The notes beneath the pieces were generated by a model, which did no database searches, was not told the origin of the DNA, and was given only the letters and a program-made list of their open reading frames with translations. From contig NC_042999.1 in NCBI RefSeq assembly GCF_006345805.1, positions 14,322,001 to 14,386,000 of the forward strand: a stretch of DNA of 64,000 nt. Reading direction: 5' to 3'. Position numbers and translations under genes: made by a program. Position 1 is the first letter of the stretch, and every line of letters starts with the position of its first letter. Positions 38,701 to 53,127 of this stretch are shown piece after piece. The DNA is from Octopus sinensis (lineage: Eukaryota).

Positions 38701-39150
38701 TAAAATAATATATCTGTACTTCTACAATATATTTATGTATGTGAATATGTATGAGCATGTGTATATATACATGTATGCATGTATATACATGTGTGTATAT
38801 ACATGTATGCGTGTATGTAAGTCTTTAGATAGATTGATAGATGGCTCGTTTTAATGAGGAATGTTTAAAGCCAGTAGGCTATTGAGTGCATGCACACACA
38901 CACAAGCATAATGTCTGAGGCAAAGTAGATTATTCCTCTTGTTTGGTTGGGTGAGCTAAGCTGAAAATTGGTGCAAATACTTAATACTTGCGCAGATCAG
39001 ATAAAACTCCATCTGGCTTCTAAACATTTCTTTACCTCTACATTTACTAAACTACCCAACCCAGTGGACAACAAACAATGAAATGTACTCTAGCGGTACC
39101 CCAGCATGGCCACAGTTTCGGGGCTGAAATGCATAAAAGAATATAAGTAT

Positions 39151-39287
39151 AGGCGCAGGAGTGGTTCCGGGTTCAGTCCCACTGCGTGGCATTTTGGGCA
39201 AGTGTTTTCTACTATAGCCTCAGGCTGACCAAAGCATTGTGAGTGGATTTGGTAGATGAAAACTGAAAGAAGCCCATCGTATATATG

Positions 39288-39320
<33 letters not shown>

Positions 39321-39530
39321 ATATATGTTTGTGTGTCTGTGTTTGTCCCCCCAACATCGCTTGACAACCGATGGTGATGTGTTTACATCCCCGTAACTTA
39401 GCGGTTCGGCAAAAGAACTGATAGAATAAGTACTAGGCATACAAAGAATATTTGCTGGGGTCGATTTGCTCGACTAAAAGGTGGTGCTCCAGCATGGCCA
39501 CATTCAAATGATTGAAACAAGTAAAAGAAT
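39151..39530 (+). mobile_element. SINE family A with deleted head segment
   Basis: Colinear with the family. Confidence 0.8.
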
Positions 39531-40254
39531 ATATATAAGTACAAGAACTATAATGATTGTTAGTTTCTCACACAATAACATTTGGAATCTCATTATAGAA
39601 AACTGTTGTCAATTATTCTTTTTCCTTTGATGATGGCCATATCCATCTAATGATTTTTAAACATCAATTGATGATGTTTGCCAATTAGGGGTTAACTACA
39701 CAGACATGACTGCACCCATGTATGAAATCGTGTTGGACCTTAGGATTTTGGCATTCAAGCTTCTGTTCATTAATAACACTGTTTCTTCGCATCTTTAAAT
39801 CCTGAGAAAGGTTTTATTATACATGTGTTTAAAAATATAAATACTCTACATAGTTTGAATATTTTATCTCTAAGAAAAATTGTAACCCTTGTAAATACCC
39901 TGTGTCCCTTCTTTATGAGATTAAAACACAGGCAAAGGGGTGTCAGTGCCTAGGATAGGAACCACTGCTCTGGTATTTAAAAAAAAATCAATATTTCTCT
40001 AGACACACTGCCTGCTATTGAGGATGATGGGTTAGGATGATAATTGTTTGAAAAGTTTGAAACAAGACCTGAAATTTTAGGGTGGGGGCTGGTCCATTGC
40101 ACTGACCCCTATACTTGACTGTTACTTAATCTTATTAACTATGAAAGGATGAAAGGCAGAGTCAACCTTGGGTGAATTTGAATTCAGAGCTTAAAGCTAG
40201 AAGATATGCTACTAAGAATTTTGTCCTAAATGCCAATGACTATCAATTCACTGC

Positions 40255-40298
<44 letters not shown>

Positions 40299-40479
40299 TA
40301 ACAACAACCACCACCACGTCAATAGAAAACAGAGTGATCATTATGAGACAGCCTTTGATCTTAGTTCAGGGTTGATCTGCTGCCAAATGAAAATATTAGA
40401 GTCCTCAATTGAACTTAATATCATATCATCATTAATATTTTACATTCACTTTCTATGCACACATGGGTCATATATGAGT

Positions 40480-40718
40480 GAATTTGCTAAATGGAAACTG
40501 AAAGAAGCCCATCATGTATACATATATGTGTGTGTTTGCCTCCCCATCATCGCTTGATGACCGATGTTGGTGTGTTTAGGTCCCCGTAACTTAGCAGTTC
40601 AGCAAAAGAGACCAATGGAATAAGTACTAGGCTTACAAAGAATAAGTCCTGGGCTTGATTTGTTTGACTAAAGGTCATGTTCCAGCATGGCCACAGTCAA
40701 ATGACTGAAACAAATAAA

Positions 40719-40755
<37 letters not shown>

Positions 40756-40963
40756 CTTTACCGCCCACAAGGGGCCAAACACAGAGAGGACAAACAAGGA
40801 CAGACCAGACAAAGGGATTAAATCGATTATATCGACCCCAGTGCGTAACTGGTACTTTATTTATCGACCCCGAAAGGATGAAAGGCAAAGTCGACCTCGG
40901 CGGAATTTGAACTCACAACGTAACGACAGACGAAATATGGCTACGCATTTCGCCCGGCGTGCT
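40480..40963. mobile_element. Tail-to-tail SINE A (+, 5' truncated) and SINE B (-, 40751-40963)
   Basis: Family matches separated by (TA)n. Confidence 0.8.
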
Positions 40964-41397
40964 ATATATATGCTATATATATGTGATTCCTGGTTCGATC
41001 CTTCTTTTGTGTCCTGGTTGGATATTTTTTTTTGTCACCTTCAATGAGAAATTCCATTATATATATATGTGCACACACCTATATTTTACAAAATATCCTT
41101 CCTCCTACTAACATGGAATGTAAACTTATAATAGCATGAAATAGTAACAATATCACTTAGTCATGATTAGCATAAGCGAAACCAGTCAAGATATATATTT
41201 GAACAATACAAAATTTTTGTGCATTTTCCTTCTTTTTATATTTTTCAATAGTTTATCATGTGGAATTTTTTTTATGAAACCTCTTCAATACATATATAAA
41301 ACTTCGGTTAATTAAAATATGTTTGTGACATATTTTAACTTTTAAAGGCAAATTCACTGCAGTTACTGTAGAGAAATATAAAGCACTTACAAATATA

Positions 41398-41810
41398 CTC
41401 TCTCTCTTTTACTTGTTTCAGTCATTTGACTGCGGCCATGCTGGAGCACCGCCTTTTAGTCGAGCAAATTGTCCCCAGGACATATCCTTTTGAAGCCTGG
41501 TACTTATTCTATCGGTCCCTTTTGCCGAACCGCTAAGTTACAGAGACGTTAACACACCACCATCTGTTGTCAAGCGATGTTGGGAGAACAAACACAGACA
41601 CACAAACATATACACACATGCATATATATATATATATATATATACATATATACGACAGGCTTCTTTCAGTTTCCGTCTACCAAATCTACTCACAAGGCTT
41701 TGGTCGGCCCGAGGCTATAGTAGAAGACACTTGCCCAAGATGCCACGCAGTGGGAATGAACTCGGAACCATGTGGTTGGTAAGCAAGCTACTTACCACAC
41801 AGACACTCCT
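41398..41810 (-). mobile_element. SINE family A
   Basis: Full-length copy. Confidence 0.85.
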
Positions 41811-41932
41811 GATAATCATATACTATCAACAGCATCATATACAAAAATTGCATAAACATTTGCTTGTTTTGTCTACTAAGCTAAAAAGATATAGAGTTCA
41901 ATTTCTGGCAGTGGGTTCATTATTATTATTAC

Positions 41933-41975
<43 letters not shown>

Positions 41976-42217
41976 AACAATATTCTTGTAGTGTGTATCA
42001 TATCCTGCAATGTTTTTCTTTTTCTCTTCTACCAAGCATTACTAAATGTGCTTATGTGCACATGTGACTAAGTGCATTGTGCAATATAAGTTTAGACACA
42101 GAAAATATGCATACATATATGTTTATCTTTGTTTATTTGCATACATGCTTCCATGCCTCTATAAATAAATTTCCATGTTATGCATACATACACACATATA
42201 TATGGGCATATGCATGT

Positions 42218-42250
<33 letters not shown>

Positions 42251-42325
42251 GCATGGATATATGTACATGCATGTGTGTGGGTGTATGTGTATGTATATAT
42301 AAATATATATATATATACATATATA

Positions 42326-42391
<66 letters not shown>

Positions 42392-42738
42392 CACACACAT
42401 ACATACACATGCACAATGCAAATGCCTTAAGAGCTGTTGCTTGTTTCAGATTTTGTGGCGATAAGATAGGAGATATGTATTTGATCACCAGATAAAATAT
42501 TGGTGCTTGCAAGGCAATCTTCCATATGGTCTGTACCTATTACGAGCAACTAAAAGAGCTGGAGAAATACAAACATAGTAGAAAACCAAACAACACAAAA
42601 CAGAGCAAAAACAGAACAATGAACTGTTGTTTGCCGAATCCCATTGAAACATATGCATCAGATTGATTTGAATTATAAATCTCAGTTCAGGTAGTGCAGT
42701 ACCTTATTCATGAGGCCAGTGCACCTTTAATGCATGTG

Positions 42739-42781
<43 letters not shown>

Positions 42782-42798
42782 ATATATATACATATATA

Positions 42799-42837
<39 letters not shown>

Positions 42838-43560
42838 ATGTGTGTATATATATATTGATTGATTGATTCTAGTTTCAGCTCACGAGCTGTGGCCATGCTG
42901 GGGCACCGCCATTTTGGTGGGGCACCACCATTTGTATATATGTGTGTGTATATGTATATATGTATATATATATATACACACACACACATTTGCACAAACA
43001 TGCGTTTGTATACTCTGGTGTATGTATGTGTGCGTATGAAAGTTTGATTGGTTGCGTATGTCTATGTATGTATGTATGTATGTATGTATGTATGTATGTA
43101 TGTATGTATGTATGTATGTATGTATGTATGTATGTATGTATGTATGTATGTATGTATGTATGTATGTATGTATGTATGTATGTATGTATGTATGTATGTA
43201 TGTATGTATGTATGTATGTATGCTTTGTCTGTGTGTGTATCGATGTATGCTTGTGTCTCCTGTCTGAAGAACCAATTGCATATTGTGGAAATTCCAGTTC
43301 AACAGGCTACTGGATCAATCAGAATAAATTCCGACACTCTTCTACGGTTTTCTGTACATTTTTTCTTCATTTACTATAACCATATTTGTGTGTGCATGTG
43401 CATGTATGCATGCATATATATATACACTCACACATATATATATATATACGTACATACATATATATGTATATACACACACACACATATATATATGGGTTGA
43501 ACGATCTTGACTGAGGGCTGGTGAGCCTGATGGCTGCACTAGGCTCCAATCTTTATATAT

Positions 43561-43608
<48 letters not shown>

Positions 43609-43788
43609 GCATATTTATTTACATATATACATATGCATATATATTCACACATATACATATATATTTACATATATACACATATGCATATATATTTACATAT
43701 ATACATATATATGCATATATATTTACATATATACATATATACACATATGCATATATATTTACATATATACATATATATATACACATAG

Positions 43789-43822
<34 letters not shown>

Positions 43823-43971
43823 ACACACTCACACATACACTTGTACATACGCTTGTGTGAAAGCTCTATTACTAAAATAGCACATATGTGATAAAGAATA
43901 GTTTAAGAAAATATGTACATATATCCCTATATATGTGTGTGTATGTGTGTATGCATGCAATTTATATATAT

Positions 43972-44024
<53 letters not shown>

Positions 44025-44051
44025 TATATATGTGTATATATATATATATAT

Positions 44052-44088
<37 letters not shown>

Positions 44089-44908
44089 GATAGATAGATG
44101 GACAGACAGACATGTAGACGCATTTATTGCTTTTGTCCACATAAATATCTACTAGAAGTTGTGTTTATGTATATATGCATATTTATTCATACATATGTGT
44201 ATACTTATGTAAAATGCTTACTTAAATACATACTTACATGTATGCATTTCATAAATATATATATATATATACATATATAAAATCATGCATACAAATACAC
44301 ACATACTCTTATGTTTCATAAGTAGCTTTACTTCTTTAAAATAACCAACTTTATATTTACGCTTCTTTCCAGGGTTTTTCACTTTCTTTCTTTCTTTCCT
44401 TCTTTCTTTCTTTCACCAATACTCTGGGGAATCAATGTAACTCTTTATCTATCTATATATTTTTCTTGTAAATAATATCTAATATCTTCACTTTGAATAA
44501 ATTGCAATATATAAAGTCGTCAATCTACTTACCGATATCATATGGTATTGCTATTGTGTGTACATTAGTTCATACACAAACACCTCAGTCGGATTTTATT
44601 TTCATGTAAGAGGACTCAGTAAACGTACTTGCTCTCTTTTCTTTTCTTTTTCCTTTTTTTCTCCTTTTTCCTTTTTTTTTTTTTTTTCATTCATAGCAAA
44701 GATAGATTTAAGTGCAGTGGCACAGTTTTTCATTGCTAGTTGCCAGAAAGTTGTTGATAAACTTGGCACAGGTATTGCAAGTGTGATTAATAAGTTCGAT
44801 TTGCTTCCGAGTGGTTCCAGGTTCGATTTAACTCTAAGAAACCACCCACTGTAGTGTCAGGTTGATTTGAATAACTTGCAAATGAATTAGAGACAGTGCT
44901 GAAACCTA

Positions 44909-44950
<42 letters not shown>

Positions 44951-45050
44951 GTAAATTTTTTTGACACAGGTTGTCAATGTGGGAAAAACTTAAAGACACA
45001 CACACAATAATGACCTGCAGGCAAGCGGGCTGGCTTTCACACAGTTTCTT

Positions 45051-45277
45051 GTTTCTTTATTGCCCACAAAGGGCTAAACATAGAGGGGACAAACAAGGAC
45101 AGACAAAGGGATTAAGTCGATTACATCGACCCAGTGCGTAACTGGTACTTAATTTATCGACCCCAAATGGATGAAAGGCAAAGTCGACCTCAGCGGAATT
45201 TGAACCCAGAACGTAAAGACAGACGAAATACCGCTAAGCATTTTGCCCGGCGTGCTAATGTTTCTGCCAGCTCGCCA
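45051..45277 (-). mobile_element. SINE family B nested in an older family A-like copy
   Basis: Flanked by the direct repeat CTTTCACACAGTTTCT. Confidence 0.8.
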
Positions 45278-45592
45278 CCCTTTCACACAGTTTCTATCAA
45301 TCAAATTCACTTACCATGCTTTTTTCCGACTAGGGCTATAGTAGAAGACACTTGCCCAAGGTGCCATGCAGTGGAATTGAACCTGAAACAATGTGGTTAT
45401 GAGTGAACCTTTTAGTCATGCAGCTCTTCCTGTACCTAATAGATTCATGCAATTTAATTTATTTTGTCTTTTGTGTTGTAGAGTTCCAATAGCATTTTCT
45501 ATGAAATGAGCTATAACAAAACAAAAGAAAAAGAAAAAAGACATAAAATAAATTTTAAAAAGTGGATAAAGTTTTAGTGTAAATAAACATAT

Positions 45593-45764
45593 AGGTGTAG
45601 GAGTGGCTGTATGCTAAGTAGCTTGCTTACCAACCACATAGTTCTGGGTTCAGTCCCACTGCATGGCACCTTGAGCAAGTGTCTTCTGCTATAGCCTCGG
45701 GCCGACCAAAGCCTTGTGAGTGGATTTGGTAGACGGAAACTGAAAGAAGCCCCTCGTATATATG

Positions 45765-45831
<67 letters not shown>

Positions 45832-46147
45832 ATATAAAAATAACAGGAACCAAGAGGTGGAACGAAACGACGAATCGGAACGAACCTGACGCGGGGCGCT
45901 GTCATATATATATATATATATGTGTATGTGTGTATGTATATATGTATGTATGTGTTTGTCCCCCCACCATCATCACTTGACAACCAATGCTGGTGTGTTT
46001 ACGTCCCCGTAACTTAGCAGTTCGGCAAAAGAGACCAATAGAACAAGTGCTAGGCTTACAAAGAATAAGCCCTGGGGTTGATTTGCAAGACTAAAGGTGG
46101 TGCTCCAGCATAGCCACAGTCAAATGACTGAAACAAGTAAAAGAGTA
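45593..46147 (+). mobile_element. SINE family A with an insertion in its internal (TA)n
   Basis: Full-length copy. Confidence 0.85.
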
Positions 46148-46221
46148 AATAACTGAACAAACACAGTTTTCCCTATTCCTAGTGGCCTTCTCTGTACTTT
46201 TTCAATGTTTCATTAAACTAT

Positions 46222-47296
46222 TTAATCTTTTAGCATTCATTTTATTCTGTCAAATTTAAAGCCTATTTATTCACATTGTTTTGAATCAATCAATCTCATA
46301 ACTTCGAAATTTCACTGAACTGATTATTTATTTTTAAGATGATACTGTAGGGTGGGTGTGAAAGGCTGGATCAGGCCAGTTTTAACATAAAACAAGAAGA
46401 CCCTTGTGTTAATTCTTTACCATATAAGTTGTCATGTTTCTGTTGAAATCGGCTGCCTTTGCTTCAGTTAGTTTTGAAAATAATGAAGAATTTAAGAAAA
46501 TGGCCAAATCACGTTGAAAGCACCGGTTCTCGTCTGATCACCGAGGTTAAGCAACGTCGAACCTAGTCAGTACTTAGATGGGTGACCGCTTGGGAAACCT
46601 AGGTGCTGTAAGCATAGCACATTTCAGCGGTGGTGCCCCAGCATGGCCGCGGCCTTCGGGCTAAAACATTTTTAAGGATTTAAGGATTGTAAAAAAGGTT
46701 TTTGGAACATAAATTAACAATGCAAAGTTTTTATTTCGATAATAATTGCAAACAGGAAGTTTGTATCATAGATACAATCTCTGATGGGTTGATATCAATA
46801 GGGTTAATGGTTACATTTAATCTTTTTGTTACCATGTTTCTGTTGAAATACACTGAATTTGTTTTAATTAACTATGAAAATAAGCAAGTATTTGGTAAAA
46901 TATATTTTTAATCATTAAACTAGTGTTTGGAACTTTGCTGTTATTAACCCTTTCGTTATCAACCTGGCTGAAACCAGCTCTGAGTATGAATGTCTTGTTT
47001 TCATAAGTTTTGAATTAAAATCTTCCACCAAACCTTAGTCACATTTTATGTGCCTAACACTGGCTTAATGATAACTAAGTTATTTTACTAAATTCCTGGT
47101 TATATTTAAAACTAACTGAAAGAAACACAGAGCATCTCGAAATAAATAGAGTAATGAAAGGGTTAAGTTAGTGCTTGGAACATAAACTAATGTGAAATTT
47201 TGGTGTAAGGTCTTTAATTTAATTTAGATCATTTTAAAACAAGATTGTATCACAGAGCCAGGAGCAGTTTCAGATGGTTTAGTATCAAGACGGTTA
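46222..47296. mobile_element. Cluster/nest of piggyBac-like MITEs
   Basis: TTAA-CCCTTT...AAAGGG-TTAA at 46944-47166 nested in a related copy (46817-47296); other relatives at 46410-46806, 52727-53225, 54542-54772 and 56421-56645. Confidence 0.65.
46501..46614 (+). rRNA. 5S rRNA-like sequence, 5'-truncated; likely pseudogene or SINE head
   Basis: GGCCAAATCACGTTGAAAGCACCGGTTCTCGTCTGATCACCGAGGTTAAGCAACGT..GTACTTAGATGGGTGACCGCTTGGGAA matches metazoan 5S; single copy, no oligo-T terminator directly after. Confidence 0.85.
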
Positions 47297-47654
47297 AGTT
47301 AGCCAAGCCCTGAATTATTGCTGACTAAAACCTATTTAAGATTACATGAGGTTAACAAGAGCCTTGGGTCAAAAAACTATCAAATATTAAAACCTTCAAC
47401 TACAATCTATATTTTTCTAAGAAAATTACAGTGTTTTAGTTTATTAGGAAAAATGATAAAAGAATTTCTTGGAAATAGTTGTTATATATATTTTCATTTT
47501 CTGTACCTTATTCGATTTTGTCTACTGTTACATTATTAAACAAGTTTATAAAACAGCCTGGAGTTATATTGTTTACCTTCAGAAATTTCAATGTTATTCA
47601 TGTTATAAAATATACATTGAGGATTTTCTTTTTTTAATATTAACACTTTACTGT

Positions 47655-48063
47655 ACTCTTTCTTTACTCTTTTACTTGTTTCAGTCATTTGACTGCGGCC
47701 ATGCTGGAGCACCGCCTTTTTTTAGTCGAGCAAATCAACCCCGGGACTTATTCTTTGTAAGCCCAGTACTTATTCTATCGGCCTCATTTGCCGAACCGCT
47801 AATTTACGGGGACATAAACACACCAGCATCGGTTGTCAAGCAATGCTAGGGGAACAAACACAGATACACAAACACACACACATACATATACAGATATACG
47901 ACAGGCTTCTTTCAGTTTCCGTCTACCAAATCCACTCACAAGGCATTGGTCGGCCCGGGGCTATAGCAGAAGACACTTGCCCAAGATGCCACGCAGTGGG
48001 ACTGAACCCGAAACCATGTGGTTGGTTAGCAAGCTACTTACCACACAGCCGCTCCTGCGCCTG
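47655..48063 (-). mobile_element. SINE family A
   Basis: Full-length copy. Confidence 0.85.
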
Positions 48064-48525
48064 TAGTTGGTTTTGATGAGTAAGTTTGTAACATTAAAGC
48101 TAGGTTGGTGTTGTGTAGGTTGGCAATGAAAGGATTAAGTGTCTGTATTCCTTGTGACAAAGGTATTTGGTTACTTATTTGTCTCTTCAACATGACACAC
48201 CAACTTTTTTTTCTATATAAACTGGATTAATCTGGTCTTGTTATCCCTCCTTCCCAGCTGAGGTTAGCCTGAAAAGGCTCCAGGCACTTCCTCTCTTTAG
48301 AGTTAATCCTTTTATGCTTTTATTCTTTTAATCATTGTACTGTGGCCATGCTGGGGCACTGCTTTAATGGGATTATTTAATCAAATTGGCTTCAACACTT
48401 ATTGTAAGTTTCCTTTATTGGTCATTCTGTGCCTGACCCCTAGCTATCAGGAATGCATACAAACCACTACCAGTTGGCAAATGATGAAAGACAATCATAT
48501 CCACACACACACACACATACATACA

Positions 48526-48559
<34 letters not shown>

Positions 48560-48750
48560 CATACATACATACATACATACATACATACGGCAAGCTTCCA
48601 GTAAATTCCTCACACCTTGACAACCTGTCCAACCCATGCCAGCATGGAAAGTGAACATAAAAATAATAATGTTACTAATATGGCAGTGCCCCAGCATGGC
48701 CACAGCTCGTGAGCTGAAACTAGATAAAAAAAAATAATAAATAAAATAAA

Positions 48751-48790
<40 letters not shown>

Positions 48791-49063
48791 AGATGGCATG
48801 GACAGGCTTTAATCACAAATCACAATAATTGTTACTGTGCATTGGTAACAACCTGATAGTTGCTGAGGTTTCCATATCACACTTTTAAAGCTTGTTTATT
48901 CCATCTTCTTGTTTGATAAATTTTTATAAAAATTCCGCATATACTAACAGATTCCCATATTTATACCTGGTAACAGGAGTAATCCTTCTCTATGATGGCA
49001 TATGGTTGCCAATAGCTGTATAGGAGTTTTGAAATGCACACTATAAGGTTATTTACCCAAATG

Positions 49064-49098
<35 letters not shown>

Positions 49099-49169
49099 GT
49101 GACTGCGTGTGTATCGTTGGTGATTTTATTTCTCTGTCTTCCCTTCCTTGGACCTTTCCTTTTTCTATG

Positions 49170-49202
49170 TTTCTGATGAAGAGCTCTGCTCGAAACATTA
49201 AA
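49170..49202 (+). ncRNA. Minimal hammerhead motif, decayed paralog of 5343-5375
   Basis: ttt-CTGATGA-a-gagc(tct)gctc-GAAACAT-T-aaa; ACGT changed to ACAT. Confidence 0.5.
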
Positions 49203-49315
49203 TCCTTCTTCTTTTTTTCTTTTCCTGAGCGTCCAATAACACTATACTTGTTCCACGTCCTCGCGTTGTTGTGTTTTCTCTTTGTTCATGTTTGGATTAA
49301 CTATATATATATATA

Positions 49316-49603
49316 GGAGGCGCAATGGCCCAGTGGTTAGGACAGTGGACTCGTGGTCATAGGATCGCGGTTTCGATTCCCAGACCGAGCGTTGTGAGTG
49401 TTTATTAAGCGAAAACATCTAAAAGCTCCACGAGGCTCCGGCAGGGGTGGTGATCCCTGCTGTACTCTTTCACCATACTTTCTCTCACTCTTTCTTCTGT
49501 TGGCCTGCTCGCTTAGCCAGCGGAGTGGCGTCATTTGAAGGCTAAAACAATGCGAACGCATTGTGACCAACGATGTGTAACAACATCTGATGGTCTGGTC
49601 GGT

Positions 49604-49612
<9 letters not shown>
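49316..49612 (+). mobile_element. SINE family C, tail type 2
   Basis: Same head and body as 36716 with a different tail ending GGTCACGTGATA. Confidence 0.8.
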
Positions 49613-49646
<34 letters not shown>

Positions 49647-51301
49647 AATACACAGAGAAATTTTTGAATTTAGACTCAAATTAAATAAGAACTTCATTAA
49701 ACAAAATACAGGCAATAAAGCTGAGGTGATCATTTATTTTATCTGCATTGTCCTTGTTTGGTACAGGAGTTGATCTAAAACTGTACTGAAGCTAAAACCA
49801 TTACATCATGAATTGAGTCAGTTTAACAAAATAAGATGAGGCTAAAACTGCTTCAGTCACTTTCCATTTATTTGTTAAAGTATCAATATTTTCGTCACGT
49901 TTTTTTTTTTGATTTTTTTTTTCAACTTGATTATTATCACAGTTCTACAACAATTCCACTCAGAAACCCATTAAAGGTTCTAAATATTAAATGTGCTTGT
50001 AATCCTGATTATCTCTAGCACTTTTTATATATGCTCTGGATAATCCACACTTTCGTTGATGACAGTACGGGTGAACCTTTTTTTTAAAACCTGACATGTT
50101 GAATTCTAAATTTAAAAAAAAAAACAATCCTATCACTGATGCATCCCTCTCCCTCTCTTTCTCTGTCTATCTATCTGTCTGTTTGTCTGTCTATCTGTCT
50201 GTCTCATGTTCATTAGTTTGCTCATTCACACAATGTTTGCTTTCCTGTGCTGGAATGGGTCAGATGGGGGAGGAATTATTTGAGGAAGGATTTTATGGCT
50301 GGATGCTCTTCCTGTCATCAACACTTACTTTTTTCTTCAATTAAATTTTTTTTTTTTATCCCAGAGGTTTTCAAAAGTGCGATGCAACTAGTCAGCATTT
50401 TGCTCAAATGATGACAAGTAAAGAATATCAACAGTCATTGTACATGCACACACCCACCCACCCACACACAAAATGAGGTTTCTGCTGTTTCCTCCTATCA
50501 AATTTACTCTCAAAGCATTTGTTGGCTTCATCCCGGGGCTATAGTAGAAGGCACAGTGGGACTGAACCTGAAACAACATTGGCTTCTTTCAGTTTCTGTC
50601 TACCTGAAACCATACGATAAAGAAAGCAAACTTTTTAATCACACAGCCATGCTTGTGCCTATCAAAAGGAAAAAAAAACGATAGAAATGTGGTGCAGCGA
50701 TGTTATAATCTATCTCAATGCATTCTAGCACAATGCATCTGTCAAAGTGCATCTGTCAAGAGACCATATGACAATGAAATGTGAACAAAGAAAAAAATGC
50801 TTGCTTGCATAGACTGGAAAAAGAATGAGATTTATGTGGTCTGCTAGGCATAGGAAATTTTTTTTATCAAGTGTGTTACTAACATGAACCTGTCATGGAG
50901 ATAGAACCAGAGTGGTTCTGTGATTTACAGAGGATGACTACTCACCCTCTTGATCATGTGTCTGTAATTTAGTATTACAGCAATCACAATGTATTCTTGA
51001 GCGGTAAATAAATTCTATTCTTGCAGAAATGGTAGAATCAGTGGAGTGAAGGACTAAAAACCTTGCAGTATTTCATTTTGTTCTTTTACTTTCTGAGCAA
51101 GTTCAAATTACTTCATTGCACCCAAAATCTGATGGTCCTACTTGAAATTGCTATATGGAAAGATATAGGTTTAGCGATGCAAATAGGTAAAGTAGAACTC
51201 AAAACATGAGTTTATATACTGGTAAGTGTCAAGGTATGAAACTCTTGGACCTTGAGTTACTCTGTTGCTTCTGCTAAATATTAATAAAAACTATATATAT
51301 A

Positions 51302-51714
51302 GTGGAGCACGAAGAGCACCATCCGAGCCTGATCATTTCCAGAGCAGCTAACTGGCTTCCGTGCCAGTGACACATAAAAAGCACTATTCGAGCATGATTG
51401 TTACCAGTGTCGTCCTACTGGCATTTGTTCCGGTGGCACATGAAAAAGCATTCAAGCAAGGTAGTTGCCGGTGGCATGTAAAAAACACTATTTGAGCGTG
51501 GCCATTGCCAGTACCGCCTGACTGGCCCTCATGCCAGTGGCGTGTAAAAGCACCCACTACACTCTCGGAGTGGTCGGCGTTACGGAGGGCAACCAGCTAT
51601 AGAAACTTTGCCAGATCAGATTGGAGCCTGGTACAGCCATCTGGTTTACCAGTCCTCAGTCAAATCGTCCAACCCATGCTAGCATGGAAAGCAGACATTA
51701 AACGATGATGATGG
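51302..51714 (+). mobile_element. Retroposon family E
   Basis: Internal repeats and (GAT)n tail. Confidence 0.7.
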
Positions 51715-51753
<39 letters not shown>

Positions 51754-52854
51754 ATAAAATAGTAGTCACTTGTTTAAAAAAAAGCAAAACTAAAAAAATC
51801 CTACATTTTCTAAAACTGATTCAAGTTGTGTTCGGATAGTAAAATGGTTGTAAAAAAAGAAAAAGCAACTGAATGAAATAACAAGCTGTTATTTGTTTGT
51901 ACAAATAACAGTTAACTTGTTATTTGTACAAACCTTGTGAAAGTGAGAAATGTTTGTAGAGTAGAGTTGAACATATGTAAATTGAACATAGTAAATTGAG
52001 AAACTTCAATTATCTAAGATTATTCAAGCAATTAATAGACAATCTCCCCCACCTCTCTCTCTCTCCTTCTCTCTCTCTCTCCTTCTCTCTCTCTCTCCTT
52101 CTCTCTCTCTCTCCTTCTCTCTCTCTCCTTCTCTCTCTCTCTCAGGGCCACGATGTATTTAGATATATCCATCTCTTTTTTAAGATGGTAGGGTATGGTT
52201 TATGATGTGAGGGAGATATAACTGATACTTTTAGCAAGATAATTGACTGCATAAAGGTTCTATCATTGGTTTACTTGTTTATATATTTTGAAAACATGTA
52301 TGGATGTAAATAATGATTTTCTGTTTTTTAAACCACTCAGAATAGGTGGGTGGAGCTATGCCCCACAATTCTTAAATTTCTCAGAATCTCTGAAACCAAA
52401 GACTTAGCCCAAATGCTAGGGACCCAGAAAATTCTGTTTAAGAGACCTAAGAACTAGGTGGTGGTAAGTGTTAAACTGGGCAATGGTTTGACCCTTGGTT
52501 CTCAGCCAGAATTCATATCTATTTTGGGGGTCCACATAAGATTTTGTTGTTAAAGTTTATGTGCAATAAACTGGTTATTCTTCTACAATATATAAAATAT
52601 TTTAACAAGTTTTTGCATGTTCCTGATAATATTTAAAACATCAAGTGGCTACAAGGGTTCACTTGAGTAAAATAGGAATCAGGGCCTCCAGAGGTAAAAA
52701 AATTTAAATGGTTGAGGGCCACTGGTTTAACCCTATAGCATTTGAACCGACCATGACTGGCCCAAATATTCTACTCATTTTATGTTCAAGCCAGCCACAT
52801 TTGGCCTCTGACACCTAACCTACAACGTCATTCTAAAAATAAATAACCACATAG

Positions 52855-53127
52855 ATCGTTACCAATGTCACCTTACTGGCACCTGTGCTGGTGGCATGTG
52901 TAAAAAGATTCGAGCGAGGTCATTGCCAGTACTGCCGGTGGCACGTAAAAAGCACCCATTACACACTCGGAGTGGTTAGTGTTAGGAAGGGCATCCAACT
53001 GTAGAAACTCTGCCAAATCAAGATTGGAGCCTGGTTCGCCAGCCCTCAGTCAAAATCTTCCAACCCATGCTAGCGTGGAAAGCGGACGTTAAACGATGAT
53101 GATAATGATGATGATGATGATGATGAT
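52855..53127 (+). mobile_element. Retroposon family E nested in a piggyBac-like MITE
   Basis: (GAT)n tail; MITE halves on both sides. Confidence 0.7.

Noticed and set aside
46501-46614. Functional 5S rDNA unit
   Set aside because: 5'-truncated, solitary, no terminator, fused to a retroposon tail.
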